From Hyaloraphidium curvatum SAG 235-1 (lineage: Eukaryota > Fungi > Monoblepharomycota), in NCBI GenBank assembly GCA_025558095.1, contig JAIVFI010000003.1:310001-374000 (forward strand): a DNA stretch of 64,000 bases, in the 5' to 3' direction. Shown one piece after another: positions 45,738 through 58,179 of this stretch (position 1 is its first letter; every line of letters starts with the position of its first letter). The position numbers and the translations under genes are program-made. The notes beneath the pieces are model-generated. The model did no database searches, was not told the DNA's origin, and saw only the letters and a program-made list of their open reading frames with translations.

Positions 45738-47258
45738 TCACTGCCCACCCCAGCGCTCCCGCTCCACCCTCTCGAGCTCGCTCCAGCTGTACGCCGTGAA
45801 CAGCTCCCACCCGCCCTCCTTCCCCTTGTCCTCGCCGCCGCTCGCGGCCTCCACCAGCCTCGCGAGGCCGCGGGAGCACCGGTGCACGGTGCCAAGGATC
45901 AGGTCCTGGTTCTGGAGGAGCTCCGCAGGGGGCGTGAGGGGCGAATCGGGCGCCGGGTTGGCGCTCGATGGGGGTAGAGGGACCAGGGCCGTCAGCGTAG
46001 GCGAGGTTCGGGGAAAGTCCGGGACAATGTCGGGGTGTGCCGAGGATGGGGAAGGCGGGGCGTCCACGGGGTATCGAATGCTGATCATGGCCGGTTCGGG
46101 GACTTGATCCACAGAAGTCAGAATTGACGGAAGACCGTGAACCAAAGGCGGAACCTACAGGTGCCGGGGAACCGGAAATCGAACCATCGAGACAGGGGTA
46201 CGTGCTGCCGCGCGACCTCGCCGAGCCATGCTACCAATGACGCGCTGTCGGGCTGTCCGAGAATCAGCCGGGGAGCGCACCCACGCGCTCCAATCGTCCT
46301 ACCATGACGACGGAGCACAAGTCGCGACCGTGCTGTGGCATGCAGTGCCAGAGCTAGAAGAGGCGGGTAAGCAATCAATGGACACGCACAGCGCATCCTC
46401 GCACCTTTTCGAGTACCTGGTCGGCCCGCCCCATGCACTGCAACCCCACAAATCCCTCGGCCTCCCACGCCTTGCCGGCCTCGAGCATCTGCCTCCGTAT
46501 CCCGTCGCGCATCTCCGCGTCCTGCAGCATGTGTATGACGCCCAGCGGGTCGCCGGTGGGAAGGAACGGCACGCGGGGCAGGCTGCGCTTCAGGGTCTGC
46601 AGGAAGTTGGGCAGCTGCGGCCCTGGCACGGGGCCCGCGGGCGCCGACGCCGGCCCAGGGGCAAGCTTGGCGGGGGAACCGGGGCCGCCGGGGATCAGCA
46701 GGCGAGGCACGTCGCGCGAGGGCGGGCGCTTCGCGGGGGAGGGGCCGTCCACGAGGGTCTGCTGGCTGAGCGACGGCTGCGGGCGGCGGAATGCCGGCTG
46801 CAGCGGCGGCAGGGCGGCGGGGCGCTGCGGCATCAGGAGAGGCGGGTACGAGGGCCGCTTCGGCGGCGGAGGGCGGCGGCGGCGCTTTTTCGCCGGGCGC
46901 TTTGGGCACGGCGGTGCATAGTAGGGCGGTCGGAGGCGTTTTATCCGGAATTTATCGGGGATTCGGGGTCGGGGTCGGGGTCGGCGAGTCAGTCGGCGCC
47001 TGTCAAGCGGGTCGCCGGGGTGCCCACCGCGGCCTTCGCGCGCCTGCCGCCGTTGTCGTTCCCCCAGTCGGAGCCCGAGTCGTCGCTGCCGCTGCCGCCG
47101 TCGGAGTCGTCGGCCGGCGGATCGCTGAGCAGCGCCGGCGGCTCGGGCGCGGGCGGCGGCGGCGGCAGCGCGCCCCACATCGGGTCGGCCCGCGTCGGCG
47201 CCGCGTCGGACGGCGACAGCACCGGCGCGAAGCCCGGCGCGCCGCCGTGGAACGCCAT
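45738..47258 (-). CDS. Hypothetical Pro/Arg-rich protein, exon structure uncertain
   Basis: Successive minus-strand ORFs 46989-47258, 46375-46990 and 45738-46145 have protein-like composition; the junctions are not fully resolved. Confidence 0.45.
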
Positions 47259-47693
47259 GGGGAGCCCTGGGAGGGAGATGGCTCGTCCGAATTCGAGTTG
47301 ACAGTTGGGCCTTCGTCCCCAGCCGTCGGTCACGCGCCCGCCCTTGCGCACCGTCCCAGGTCCCAACTCTATGGAAGGCGCTCCGTACGATCCCTCGGAT
47401 GATCCGATGCCGCCGTCCAAGCACCGCCATTTGGTGGATCAATTCGAAACTGGTGTTGGCGGAAATCGCCCCTATGATACGTGCGGACCAGCGGTGCAAT
47501 GTTCCCCACGTCGACGGTTGAGCCTAACGTACGGCCAATGTGGCGATCCGACGGACGGTAGCTGTGCAAGTGGCCAGGCAGCATCTTCCACTCATCGAGT
47601 GCCATGGATCACACATGAAGATGCATATACTTGCGGCAAGCGACCCGTCCCGTCTTTGGACCACTCGACGACCTGTTCCTCTCCGCCAGGCTC

Positions 47694-48973
47694 TCACAGC
47701 TTGTCGTAGCACTGCACGCGACGACGTCAATCCCGCCCGAAGCACCCCGGAAGCCACGCACCTCGGGGCAGTAATGGAGCCCGCAGCTTGTGCAACCCCT
47801 GTGCGGTCCCGCAGGGAAGCTCTTTAGGCAGCCGCTGCAGTCGTAGGCCACCCGCCGCGCGTTGAGCGGGTGCCCCTGCGCGTCGAAGGGGCCGTGGCGC
47901 GTGCGCGCGGGTTTGGAGGGGGAGGGATCGCGCTTGGCTGGGGAGGGGTCTGGCTTGGCGGGGGAGGGGTCACGCTTGGTGGGTTTGGGCGGGGGATCGG
48001 CGGGAGCGGGGGATGCGGAGCGGGAGCTCGACGCCGGGGAGGTAGACGGCGAGGTAGACAGGGACCTTGACGAGCCCGGGGTTTTCGTCGCAGACGCAGG
48101 GGAGAGGAAAGGATTGACGATTCCGCCAACGAGAGGCCCCGTCGTCGGCGCCGCCGCAGCCTTGCCCGGCGCCTTCACCGGTGTCGCGGCACGGCCGCTC
48201 GGAGCCGGGTGTGCTGCCCCCGCGTGGTCTGTTTTGGATCCACCAGTGTTCGCTGCCGGCAGATCGGCCCGCTGGTGCTTGGCGGGCGTGGGCGCCGGGG
48301 CGGCCCCTGCCGGCAGCACTAGCTGGAGCAGCTCCGGAACATGTGCTGGCAGCTTATCCAGGTCCCTTTGGTCCCGCAAAACGGCGTTGAATGCGGCCGT
48401 CAGGACAAAGTCGTCGTCGTCCCGGTAAACAGACGTAACCACGCGGCCGTCGCGAGTCTTGCCCGTCACCCGCACCTCATAACTGGATTTGTTGTCGTGC
48501 CACGCAATGGCCAGCTCCTGCAGATGCCGGTACGGCGACAAAACGGTCCGTTCGGTAGGGTAGATGTCCCCGGCGAACGTCTTCCGCCTGCTGTTTACCA
48601 ACGTCACCACGTCGACGGAAAGCTGGGCGAAACCGTTCCGCCCGCGGGCCTTGTTGCAGTCCCCGCACGTCGGCGTAATCCCAAAGATCTCCTCGCCGTC
48701 CTCCGTTTCCGCCAGCACGTGCGCGCCGACCGAGGGCGTCCCCCCGCAGGGCATGCCGCCGCGCTCGCCGGGGCAGCCTGCGGGCACGCTCCCTCCGGCG
48801 TTCCTAAAGTACTCGAGCCAGCCGCCGACGACGCGGTGGCTCGAAGTGTCCTTCCCGTGGCGAATGGATTTGCAGAGCACGCGCCGGGGCTGCTTCGAAA
48901 TGTGGGCGGAACCGAGCGCCGACGCCAGGTCCTCCACCCCGTCGCCGGTCTCTTCGCCGGCGCGGCGCGGCAT
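47694..48973 (-). CDS. HNH/His-Me-like N-terminal domain + Pro/Ser linker + ZZ-like zinc finger
   Basis: WLEYF..C..C..GAHV..ITPTCGDCN; C-terminal CSGC..CTSCGLHYCPE|CYDKL* completed by an intron; KRDPSPA repeats. Confidence 0.7.
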
Positions 48974-50252
48974 TGTGCCGGCGCTCGCGATTCGTTGCGC
49001 TAGGACGCGATTCCAGGCGTTCTGACTGCTCTGACGAATCGGAACTTCGCGCAGTCACAGTTCACTCACTCCATCAATCTCGGTCGATCAGCTGGTCTAG
49101 TCCCCAGGGATCAGGAGGAGGAAAGCACAGATAGCCCGCCGAAACAATGAATGAAACAGCAGAAGACCGTGTTTCGAAGTACAGTGTACTTAGGAAATTC
49201 TAGCGGTAGACTGATCAGGTGATGATCAGGTTGACTCCCAAACACACTCCAACGCAAAGCGTGCTCTGACGGGCGCCGGGTGCCGGCGCGGTCCGTGCGC
49301 ACGTTTTAACATGGAAAGCAACCGAATGGATCAGAGGCCGGGTCGCTTGCCCGGATTTGAAGGCCGAGGGGGGTTGAGGGATCCGCGGTTGCGAGGGGCA
49401 TCTTGTCGACGACCTCCGCTCCCGGCACATCAATCCCACTGAGCTGAACACGAATGCGCGGCATCCAGACGTAAACCGTTTTCATGAGCCGATCCAGGGA
49501 TCAATATTGGGTTCGGTTCGGTGAAATGTTCGGAACACGCTCGCCGGTTCGTTGCCACTCTTCGGCGACGAGTTGCTGCACACAAAATCATTAGGCACGG
49601 TCTCCGGCTTCGTGGAGGGTTTCCTGGAACAGCCTGGTTGCCACAGATCCGCTACACGCCTTCATCTGGCGGCTCCCGCTGAGCACGACTTGGATTCCGC
49701 AAGGAGATAGCTCTTGGAACGACGAAAGACAATCAGTGGGCCACGGAGCGTCAGAATTTGCTCATCCAAGATTGATTGTGAAGCTGCAGAGTCCAGTGGG
49801 CTCCAGATCCTAGGTTGACGAATCCGGAGCGCCACGCCATCGGTCTGGGGAGGCTTCTCGGCCGAGTGGAGCTCCAGAGGCCGGCCGCTCGCCGGCGGAG
49901 CGTGGCAAGATGCCCAGGGGACTCCAGCGCGTCGAAAGATTCGGGAGAAGGCCCAGGAATCCGGTGGGCGCCCCGCCGCTTCCCGGCGCCGCGCCGCCCC
50001 CGGCGGTGCCTGACTGAGGCTCGCAGAGGTCCCGCGACGACCGAACGACCCTCCAGGACCGCGTGCGAGGCCTAGGAGCAGCAGAGGGGCCGCGTAACCT
50101 AACCTAGCGCTCCGCAAGGTACATAAGGCGGCGGCAATTGAAACTGAGAGAATTGCACTCGACACCGCAAACACTGCCCCGGCTCTTCGCGCCGCAGCAC
50201 CCGTGCTTTGCCTCAACGTGTCCTGTGCTCCGAGTTCCAAGCTCGAAACAAC

Positions 50253-52176
50253 ATGTTCAAGCAGGCTCTGCGCCGCGCGCAGCGCTTTTTCACCGAGGTG
50301 AGGCCCGGCGCCGGGTGCGCCACTTGTCCCTCTGACGCCGTCCCGCCCTCCCCAGTCGATACCCGAAGCTGCCGAGACGGTCATCGACTCCTTCAAGGCC
50401 ATTTTCGCCGAGGTGGGTGTCGCCGCCGGGGATATGCGAGGGCGAGTGCACCCTTTGTTGACACCTCCCCCCGCCACGTCGCAGATGAGCAACGACTCGC
50501 CCACCCAACACGAGACCGCCGCCGCCATCGCAAGCATTGATACCCCCACGGAGGAGCAGGTAGGGCGCATGAGCCTGCGCTTCTCGCCCGCAGCTGCTGA
50601 CCTGGTGTCACCTGTCACGCAGGCCGCCGTCGTCGCCGCCGTCCAGACCATCGAGCTGCCCAAGGCCGCCGAAGTCTCTGCCATCATACCCATTGCTTCG
50701 ATCGTCGCTCAGGTGCGTCGCTGCCTTGCTTCGATGGAAGCCATCCCTGACATGCGTCTCCACTTCAGCCGTGCACCCAGACCGGCATTGATATCGCCAA
50801 GATCCTCAAGGACAACTCGAACACGCAGACGTCCCCTGCGTTCGAGCCCAAGGACATCAAGGACTCCGTGTCCGACGCGCTCGCGCTGGACGAGGTGGTG
50901 AGTTGCATGCGCAGTCCCTCGACGATGCATTTCCTTACCTTTGCGCTCCTTGCAGATCATCCCGACTCGCCTGCACTCGCTCAAGCACCTGCGCGAGTCG
51001 ATCGAGCTCAGCACCGCGAGCATTGAGACCGACGTCGCCGAGGACGCCCTTTCCAAGTGCGAGACCGACAGCACCTACGGCGCCGTCTCGGAAATCTTCG
51101 ACGACTACGCCCTCGACATCAAGCTCGCCTACGCCATCGAGCCCATCATCTTCACCGAAAAGGACGAGCAGAACGCTTCCGCCGTCGCCTCCATCGTCGA
51201 CCTCTACGTCGAGCCGGTCGAGCAGCCCGCTCCGGAGCTGGCCGCTGCGCACGACATCCAGCCCGCAGCCGAGCCGGAGGTGGACCAGCTGCAGATCGAT
51301 GCATGGGCAACCCTCGGCCTCGACGTCACCAGGGACGCCGACTCCGACTCGGACTCGACGGCCGCGCCTAGTCCTACCTCGACCGCCTCCAGCTGCGGCT
51401 CGGACGATACCGTCAACATCATCGACCAATGCCGCATCAAGTTCCAGATCCTCAAGGCCAAGGTCTTCAAGCCGCGGAAGGCCCGCCCGGCGCTCGCCAA
51501 CCCCAAGAGCCCCGCCGCCCTCGCCATCGCGAACAACCTCCTCGACCTCTTCACGGCCTCCTTCGAGCAAGGCGCCGCCTTCGCCAACTTCGTCGCCGTC
51601 CTTGATTCGACTGAGGAGCTCGGCAGGACCCCGAAGGAGTGCCTCGATGCCCGGGCCCGCCAAGCCCTCGCTTTGCTCAAGACCCTCGGGGGCGTTCGGG
51701 ACTGGCTCGCCTCGACGTCGGGCTACGTGCGCCGCCTCAAGGTCGTGCACGACACCATGGCGGGCATAACGGGCGCGGCCTATGCCTTCCTCGCCACAGT
51801 CGAGCAGTACCAGTCGGAGCTGCGCGGCTTTGCGAGGCAGATGAACGGCGCCACGGGACAGGCCTGCGAGCGGATGGCCGACGCGCTCGAGGGAGTCAAG
51901 ACCGGCCTGAGGACGCTCGTGCGAGGCCTCGTCGTCGTCGCCAAGCAGATCCAAATGGCTTGCCGCACGCGCGCCCTGTCGTACCCCCGGAAGGGCCTCC
52001 GTTTCGAGCACCTCGCCGCGCTCTGCGACGGGGTGGCGGACCTGAGCTGCATCGTCGAAGGCGGCAACCTCGAGGCGGAGCAGGAGCTGTTGAGTTTGGA
52101 GGGCAACATCTTCGACGCCTATGACTTTGCTCCTCGCGCGCTGATCGCCGAACTGGAGGCGCTGGACCGCAAGTAG
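50253..52176 (+). CDS. Hypothetical alpha-helical protein (multi-exon)
   Basis: MFKQALRRAQRFFTE|..., several short introns, and a long final exon (~50957-52176) with strong C-ending codon bias. Confidence 0.75.
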
Positions 52177-52520
52177 ATGCGGATGTGTGCCGAACCCGGA
52201 CCGGGCTCGGGCCTATGCAAACAGCACGATACCCGATCGTATCTTCAGAGACAGCTATATGTAAACACACGCACGATACCGCAAAACACCTATACCTCGT
52301 CGTTTGTGAGCGTCCGAGTCCGTGTCCGAGATTAGTGCCGGGCGGGAGTCAGAGGCTCCAAGTTGGTCGGCGAAAGCTAGTGGCTCCAAGGTGTTTGGCG
52401 AAAGTCAGTGAGGCGACGCCTCGAGGACGCGATCGGACAGCTACCTCCGGACGAGGAGAAAGCGCATTGTGGCCCGGCGGATGTACGAATGAAGTAGCTA
52501 AAGCACCGTGTTTCGGGTTT

Positions 52521-55500
52521 TCAGTCTACGCAAGTATTCATCCTCTTGTTGTCCATCTTGGACCACGAGAACCCGATCGGCGGTGCCTTGTAATCGTATC
52601 CTCCCTCGTTCACCCCGTTCCAGTACCGCACGTTGTAGTACGGCGCGTTCCAGTATCCCTGCGCAAACTGCAGCTTCGCCACGTCCGTCTTTTCCGGCCC
52701 GCAGAACCACCGCGTCTCCGAAGACCCGTCGTTGCGCGTCACCGTGCCGTTGCTGCAGCCCGCCGCGGCCATCAGGTTCGGGTTGACCAAGGTGTACGTG
52801 TCGACCTTGTCGCACATCCAGTAGAACGTGCTCAAGAGGCTGACGAAGGAGCTGGGGCAATCGCATTGGGTGCCGCGGAACTCGGGGTAGGTGAGGTACT
52901 GCCCGATGGTCGTCTCGTGCGCGGCGGCAGGGTTGCCGGAGTAAGAGTACGATCCGGAGTGTCCGCGTCCGTCGCCGCAGTAGCTCGGGCAATCGTAGGA
53001 GCCCGAGGGAGAGGCACGGCAGTCGTCGCCGGCTTTGCCGATCCAGTCCGAGATGCGGTCCACCGTGCAGAGCGAGTACCGCGAAGGGATCAGCTCCTTC
53101 ACGTACTGCTGCTTCAGCCCGGCCTTCATCGCCAAGCTGAACTTCGAGATCGAAGTGTAGTCGATGGTGGCGAGATCGTAGGGTGACGCCCTGCTCATCT
53201 CGTAGAGGTAGAACAGCCGCGTGCGGTCCTGGTTGATGGTGTTCAGGATGGTGTTGCGGAAAGCTTTTTGGGTTGCAGAAAGCGACTGCGCAAGGGTCGC
53301 GCTGAGCTGGTCCGCCGCAAGGTAGGCGTCGATGCCGTTCTCAAACACCTGGTAGTAGTCGTTCCCAAAGGAGCCGGCGATGCTCATGATCTCCGATATG
53401 AGGCCCACGACGGCCGACAAGAGGGCCATGAAGGGGAGCGTGAACTCTGCACCCACGATGGCACTCAAGTCGATGGCAATTTCGACGCCCGCCGCGGCTG
53501 CTGCGGAAGTGAGGTAGCTGGCGATGCCAAAGGCGTCCTGGAACCCCAGGACGAGGCTGCTGGCGAGATCGTTCCCGGCCTGGTACTTTTGCACAGCGAC
53601 ATTGTCCGCGCTGGCCACGAGGTCCACGGCCTCCTGGAGCGCCTCCTTGGCGTTCTGGAAGTGCGAGGCGAGCATCTTGTCTTCCGCGGTGAGCCAACTG
53701 TTGGAAGCATCCAGCCAGGTCAGCTCGAGCTCCACGTCGCAAGCTGCACTGCAGTCGAGCTGGTTCCCGAGCACCGCCGTGACGTTGGTCAGCACGCCGC
53801 GGGCGCAGTCGGCGACGAACGGGTGGCACCCTTCGGTGATCCCCGCACACGCTCCCGACCGCAGTTGAAGTTGCGGCGCGGCAGCGGTGCTCCTCGCAGC
53901 CCCCTTGGAGCAGTCGCAGATGGGGGCGAAGGCCGTCCGCCAGGTCTGGATCCAGGACTGGTCCGCCTGCCCGCCGTTCCCGACCGCGGCCCCAAAGTTG
54001 AGCGTGTTGTTGTAGGTTGTCCGCAGGTCCGACGACGATCCGCCCGTGAGGAGACAGCTCGTGTAGGTGTAGGTCTTGAGGGCGTTGGCGTTGCCAGAGT
54101 AGCTCGGGTAGCCGGTCAGGCCGGAATCGCTGCGAAGCGGGGTTCCCGAAGGCACGCCGGTGCTGGGAAGGCCCTTCGGGATGGTGGAGACGGCGGTGAC
54201 GAAGCCGGTCGGTGCCTTGCCGCAGGTCATGTCGCGAAGGTCGGCCCAGCAGGTGCCGCATTCGGCGGCGGCGGAGACCTTGGTGCCCACGGACTTGGTC
54301 CCCGAGCAGGGAAGGGTGCCGATGGCGTTGGCGTCATAGTCGTTCTGGGCCACCGGAAGGCAGAGGCCTGAGGCGAAGTCGCAGGCGGTTCCGGTCCCGC
54401 ACTGGAGGAGGAAGCCGCCGGCAAAGCACTTTTTGCAGGCGCCCAGAGGCACGGCGAGCCCCTGGTTGTCGTAGAAGGGGCCGGGAGGGGGTTGGTCCTT
54501 TTGGATCTTGGCGGTAGCCGACGGAGAGTTTTCGCCTTGCGGGCACGCGAAGCGAGCGAGCCGCAAAGGTGTCGGTTTCTCCACGCATACGTAGAGGACG
54601 GGGTCGCAGGAGAGCCCCGAGGCGCAGGCCGATGTCTTTACTATGCCTGGCGTGGAAATGGTCAGACGATGGGCACACATAAGTCTGCGATCAAGACAAC
54701 GCACCGCTTTCGTCGACAGAGACGCAAGCCTCCCCTTTCCCGGCGTCCCGCCGAACCAGGGAGCCCGACCGCTTGCGCAGGTCATCGCCGCGAGCCGAAG
54801 GAGGCCGACGAGCCGCGGGTTCGCAAGCGAAAGTCGAGTTGCTGTAAGCCCATCCGGCGGGACAGTTCACGTCCTTCTCGGGCTTGGTCTTGAGGTTGCG
54901 CCACGCGGCGATGATCTGGTCGGCACGCGAGCAGTCCCTGTTCATGTGGGCAAACTTGCTGGCCATCTCCGACGCCGCGGGGAGGCACTCTCCGCACACG
55001 AAGATGTGGTCGCAGGGGCACACGATGCCCGCGGTCGCGAGGCCGGAAAAGTCCCGCGTGCAGTTTGCGTTGCTGGAAGGGAGCAGCGAGGCGAGGAGGG
55101 GCACGGCCGGCGCGCCATTGTCGCCAAAGCACTCGGCGCCGCTGACGCAGACGCCGTCCGCGCAGCACCCCGACGAGCACTGGTCCAGGCTCGAGGCCGA
55201 GCACCGCTCGCCGTGGCGCTTGCCGCGGCCGGTCGGGAAGCAGGCGTGGACGGGAGCGCACTTCCCACCAAAACAGCAGCCCGAGTCGCACTGCTGCGGC
55301 GTCGACGCGGTGCACCGCGCGCCGATGTTCGAGTTGCGCGGGCCGGGCCAGCAGACCGCGTGCTCCGCGCACGTGCCGTTGGCGCAGCAGCCGGTGGTGC
55401 ACGCGGCGTACGTCGACTCGGAGCACGATTCCCCGAGCCGTGCGGCCGACGACGCGTCCGCGAGCGCGATGGCCGCGGCCGCGTCGTTGGCGCGGGGGAT

Positions 55501-55569
55501 GGGGCCGCCCGCCACGAAGGGCAGGGCGAGCACGGCGGCGATGGCGGTGACGAGTAGTTGGGGGCGCAT
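52521..55569 (-). CDS. Secreted cysteine-rich protein (~1000 aa; intron ~54648-54703)
   Basis: Signal peptide MRPQLLVTAIAAVLALPFVAG; three C-x7-C-x3-CC-x4-C-x5-C repeats; splicing joins DESG|IVKTSAC; helical central domain and Cys-rich C-terminus. Confidence 0.8.
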
Positions 55570-56233
55570 TGTTGTTTTGTTGCGATGGACCGGTCCCGGC
55601 CGCGCCCTTATATTAGGGAGGGGGCTGCAAGCGGCTGTGGGTTTCGTTGGGGGCAGGGTGGGGCTGTGGCTGACGGAGCCAAGCTAAGCCACCGCCCGAT
55701 CATTCCATCACACGAAACTGCGTTTAGCCGGGAAAGCCTTCGTTTCCTTACTCGGATCACTTCGCCGGCGGCTGCGGATCACTGCCTCCGAATGAAGAAA
55801 ACATCTGTGGCGTGGTTCGTGCGCCTCGCTGCACGTCTCACAGCCTCCTCTCCACTTCGCGCCATTAGTCTGCCTACCTCGCTAACTGATCCAACGAAAT
55901 CAGATACCGCCTCGCGCAATAGAGTCCGTCTCTATCCAGCATTGCGCTCAGCGCGCTGTACGCCGGAAGCTCCTCCATCTCCGGGACCCACGGGCATTCC
56001 GTTGTCGCGTCTCGCCATCCGCGCGGGCGTGCCTGTTCGCGACGTTCAGTAATCTCTATTATCATTCTCGCTTTGTCGCACTCGTCAAAGGCATGGCAGT
56101 GCGGTGGTCCAGTCTCCGGATTTCCGCGTTTGCCGATGTTTGTGACGCGATGATCTCCTCCGCCGCCCTCTGTCTCCCACGTCGGGCGCAGCTGTCCTAG
56201 GCACAACACTCGCCCTCCGCCCTACTATCCACG

Positions 56234-57585
56234 ATGCCCGTTGCGCTGGTCGTCGGAGCCAACGGCATCACGGGCTCGTACCTCGTCGAGAAGCTCGTGG
56301 GCGACGCGGCCTTCTCGAGCGTCATCGCGACCTCGCGGCGCCCTCCCAACCCCGAATGGCTGAAGCGCGACGTGCCGGGGGGCGAGGCGGGGGCCAAGAA
56401 GCTCAAGTGGGTCGCCGCGGACCTGACCGCCGAGTCCGCCGCCCAAGTCGCCGAGAAGCTCCGCGGCGCCGGCGGGGACGCGATCACCCACGTGTTCTGG
56501 GGTTGCTACCTGCTCGGCGACGGCTGGGGCTCGCCCTCGGAGCTCTCGCTCAACTCCACCATGTACCGGACCCTGATGGACGCGGTGCTCCTCGTCTCGC
56601 CCCCGCCGGCGGGCCTGAAGCGGGTCGTGCTCCAGCTCGGCGGCAAGTGGTACTTCCGCCAGCCCTTCCCCGCCGTGCCCATGAAGGAAATGGACGAGCA
56701 CATCGGCGACGGCAGTTTCTACGACGCGCAGCTTGAAATCACGAAGGAACTCGCCGGCAAGCACGGCTTCGAGTGGGTCGTCACGCTCCCGGAAAGCATC
56801 TACGGAAGCACGCGCCAGTGCGCGCAGAGCCTCGCGACGTCGCTCGCGGTCTATGCGTTCGCGCACAAGATGCTGGGGGTGGAGCTCGTGTTTCCCGGAA
56901 ATGCGGTCACTTGGAACATCACTACGGACGCGAGCGACGCGCAGCTGCTCGCGGAGGAGAACGTATGGGCTGCCTTGGAACCCAAGTGCAGCGGGCAGAT
57001 CATCAACGCCGTCAATGGTGATCGTGGCTCGTTCGGTCGCTACGTCGTCGCTGACACCCCTCCCGTCTATCCTTGTCGCTTACCACCCCCCAATCAACAA
57101 CAAGGGGACGTTTTCCAATGGAAAACAATGTGGTACCGTCTCGCGGGCTTCATCGGATGCTCCGTCCCGTCCTCCGAGGAAATGGCTGCCAAGCTCTCGA
57201 CCACGGCCGAACCCACCGTCAAGATGGCCGAGCGCATCAGCGAGGACATGTGCCGCCGCGCGTGGGAGGAGGCGAAGAGGACCGTCGCCAAGGACGATCC
57301 GGAGTTTGACGTGGATGCTTGGAAGTTTGGTTATCCCTTCAAGTAAGCTTGGGGTCGACGGAGCGTGCGGTTCTAACGCACGTCACGCCCAGCTTCGCAT
57401 CCATCATCCTGTCCTTCCAGTTCAACTACCACTTCTCCATGTCGAAGGCCCGCGCGCTCGGGTTCCAGGGGTACAAGGACACCGAGGAGATGTGGTTCGA
57501 GGTGTTGGAAAGGATGCAGCGCGACGGCATTTTGCCGCGCGACCTGCCGGGACGGAGTGGGGGCAGGGCGGCGGTCAAGTGGTAG
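56234..57585 (+). CDS. PRISE/progesterone-5-beta-reductase-like short-chain reductase (multi-exon)
   Basis: ALVVGANGITG, SRRPP, LQLGGKWY, FYDAQ, LVFPG, WAALEPKC..INAVNG|DVFQWK and SMSKARALGF. Confidence 0.85.
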
Positions 57586-58179
57586 CTGTACAGTTGGAAA
57601 TGAGCACCCGATGCGGGAGCACTAGCGTCACGGTGCCCTTCGCGCTGATGGACGTGGAAGCGGAGCGGCGGATGCGGGCGGGATTGCGTCGGCCCGGTCC
57701 CACTACCCGGGGGAGGCCGTCCGACCCGGCTTCAAAGCACCGGTCCGCGCTCTATTATTACATCCATCGATACGGAGGTCGGTTTCCGGAATCCAAGGCT
57801 GCCGGGCTGCGTCCCGCCCGCTCCGCCGCGTGGGAACCGAACGCGGGCCGCAAACCGCCGGCGCGAGGAACCCGGCGTTTCTCCGCGGATGGGATGCATG
57901 GTGCACAGAACCATCGCTTCCTCTGCTCGCACGCATGGCACGTTTCTGGCCCCGTCTCCATGCGTCCCCCTTTTCCGGGCCCAGTGGCGGTGGCCAGGGC
58001 CCGGCTGGACCCGCTGGGAGTCACGTCCCACATCCCCATCGCCGACGAACACAACTCTACCGCTCGCACACTTCCACCTACTGGCACTACACTCGCCGTC
58101 GACCACCTCAAGCACGGTGCGCCCTTCCCGCCGCCCGCCGCCTCCGCGGGAGTAGCTCACCCGCCGTGCGTGCGCGCAG

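Noticed and set aside
47305-47709. 134-aa plus-strand ORF with several Cys
   Set aside because: Lies in the UTR/intergenic space between two minus-strand genes, with weak codon bias and no motif.
49000-50250. Long intergenic region searched for tRNA/ncRNA/MITE
   Set aside because: No cloverleaf, A/B boxes, terminal inverted repeats or TSD could be identified by eye.
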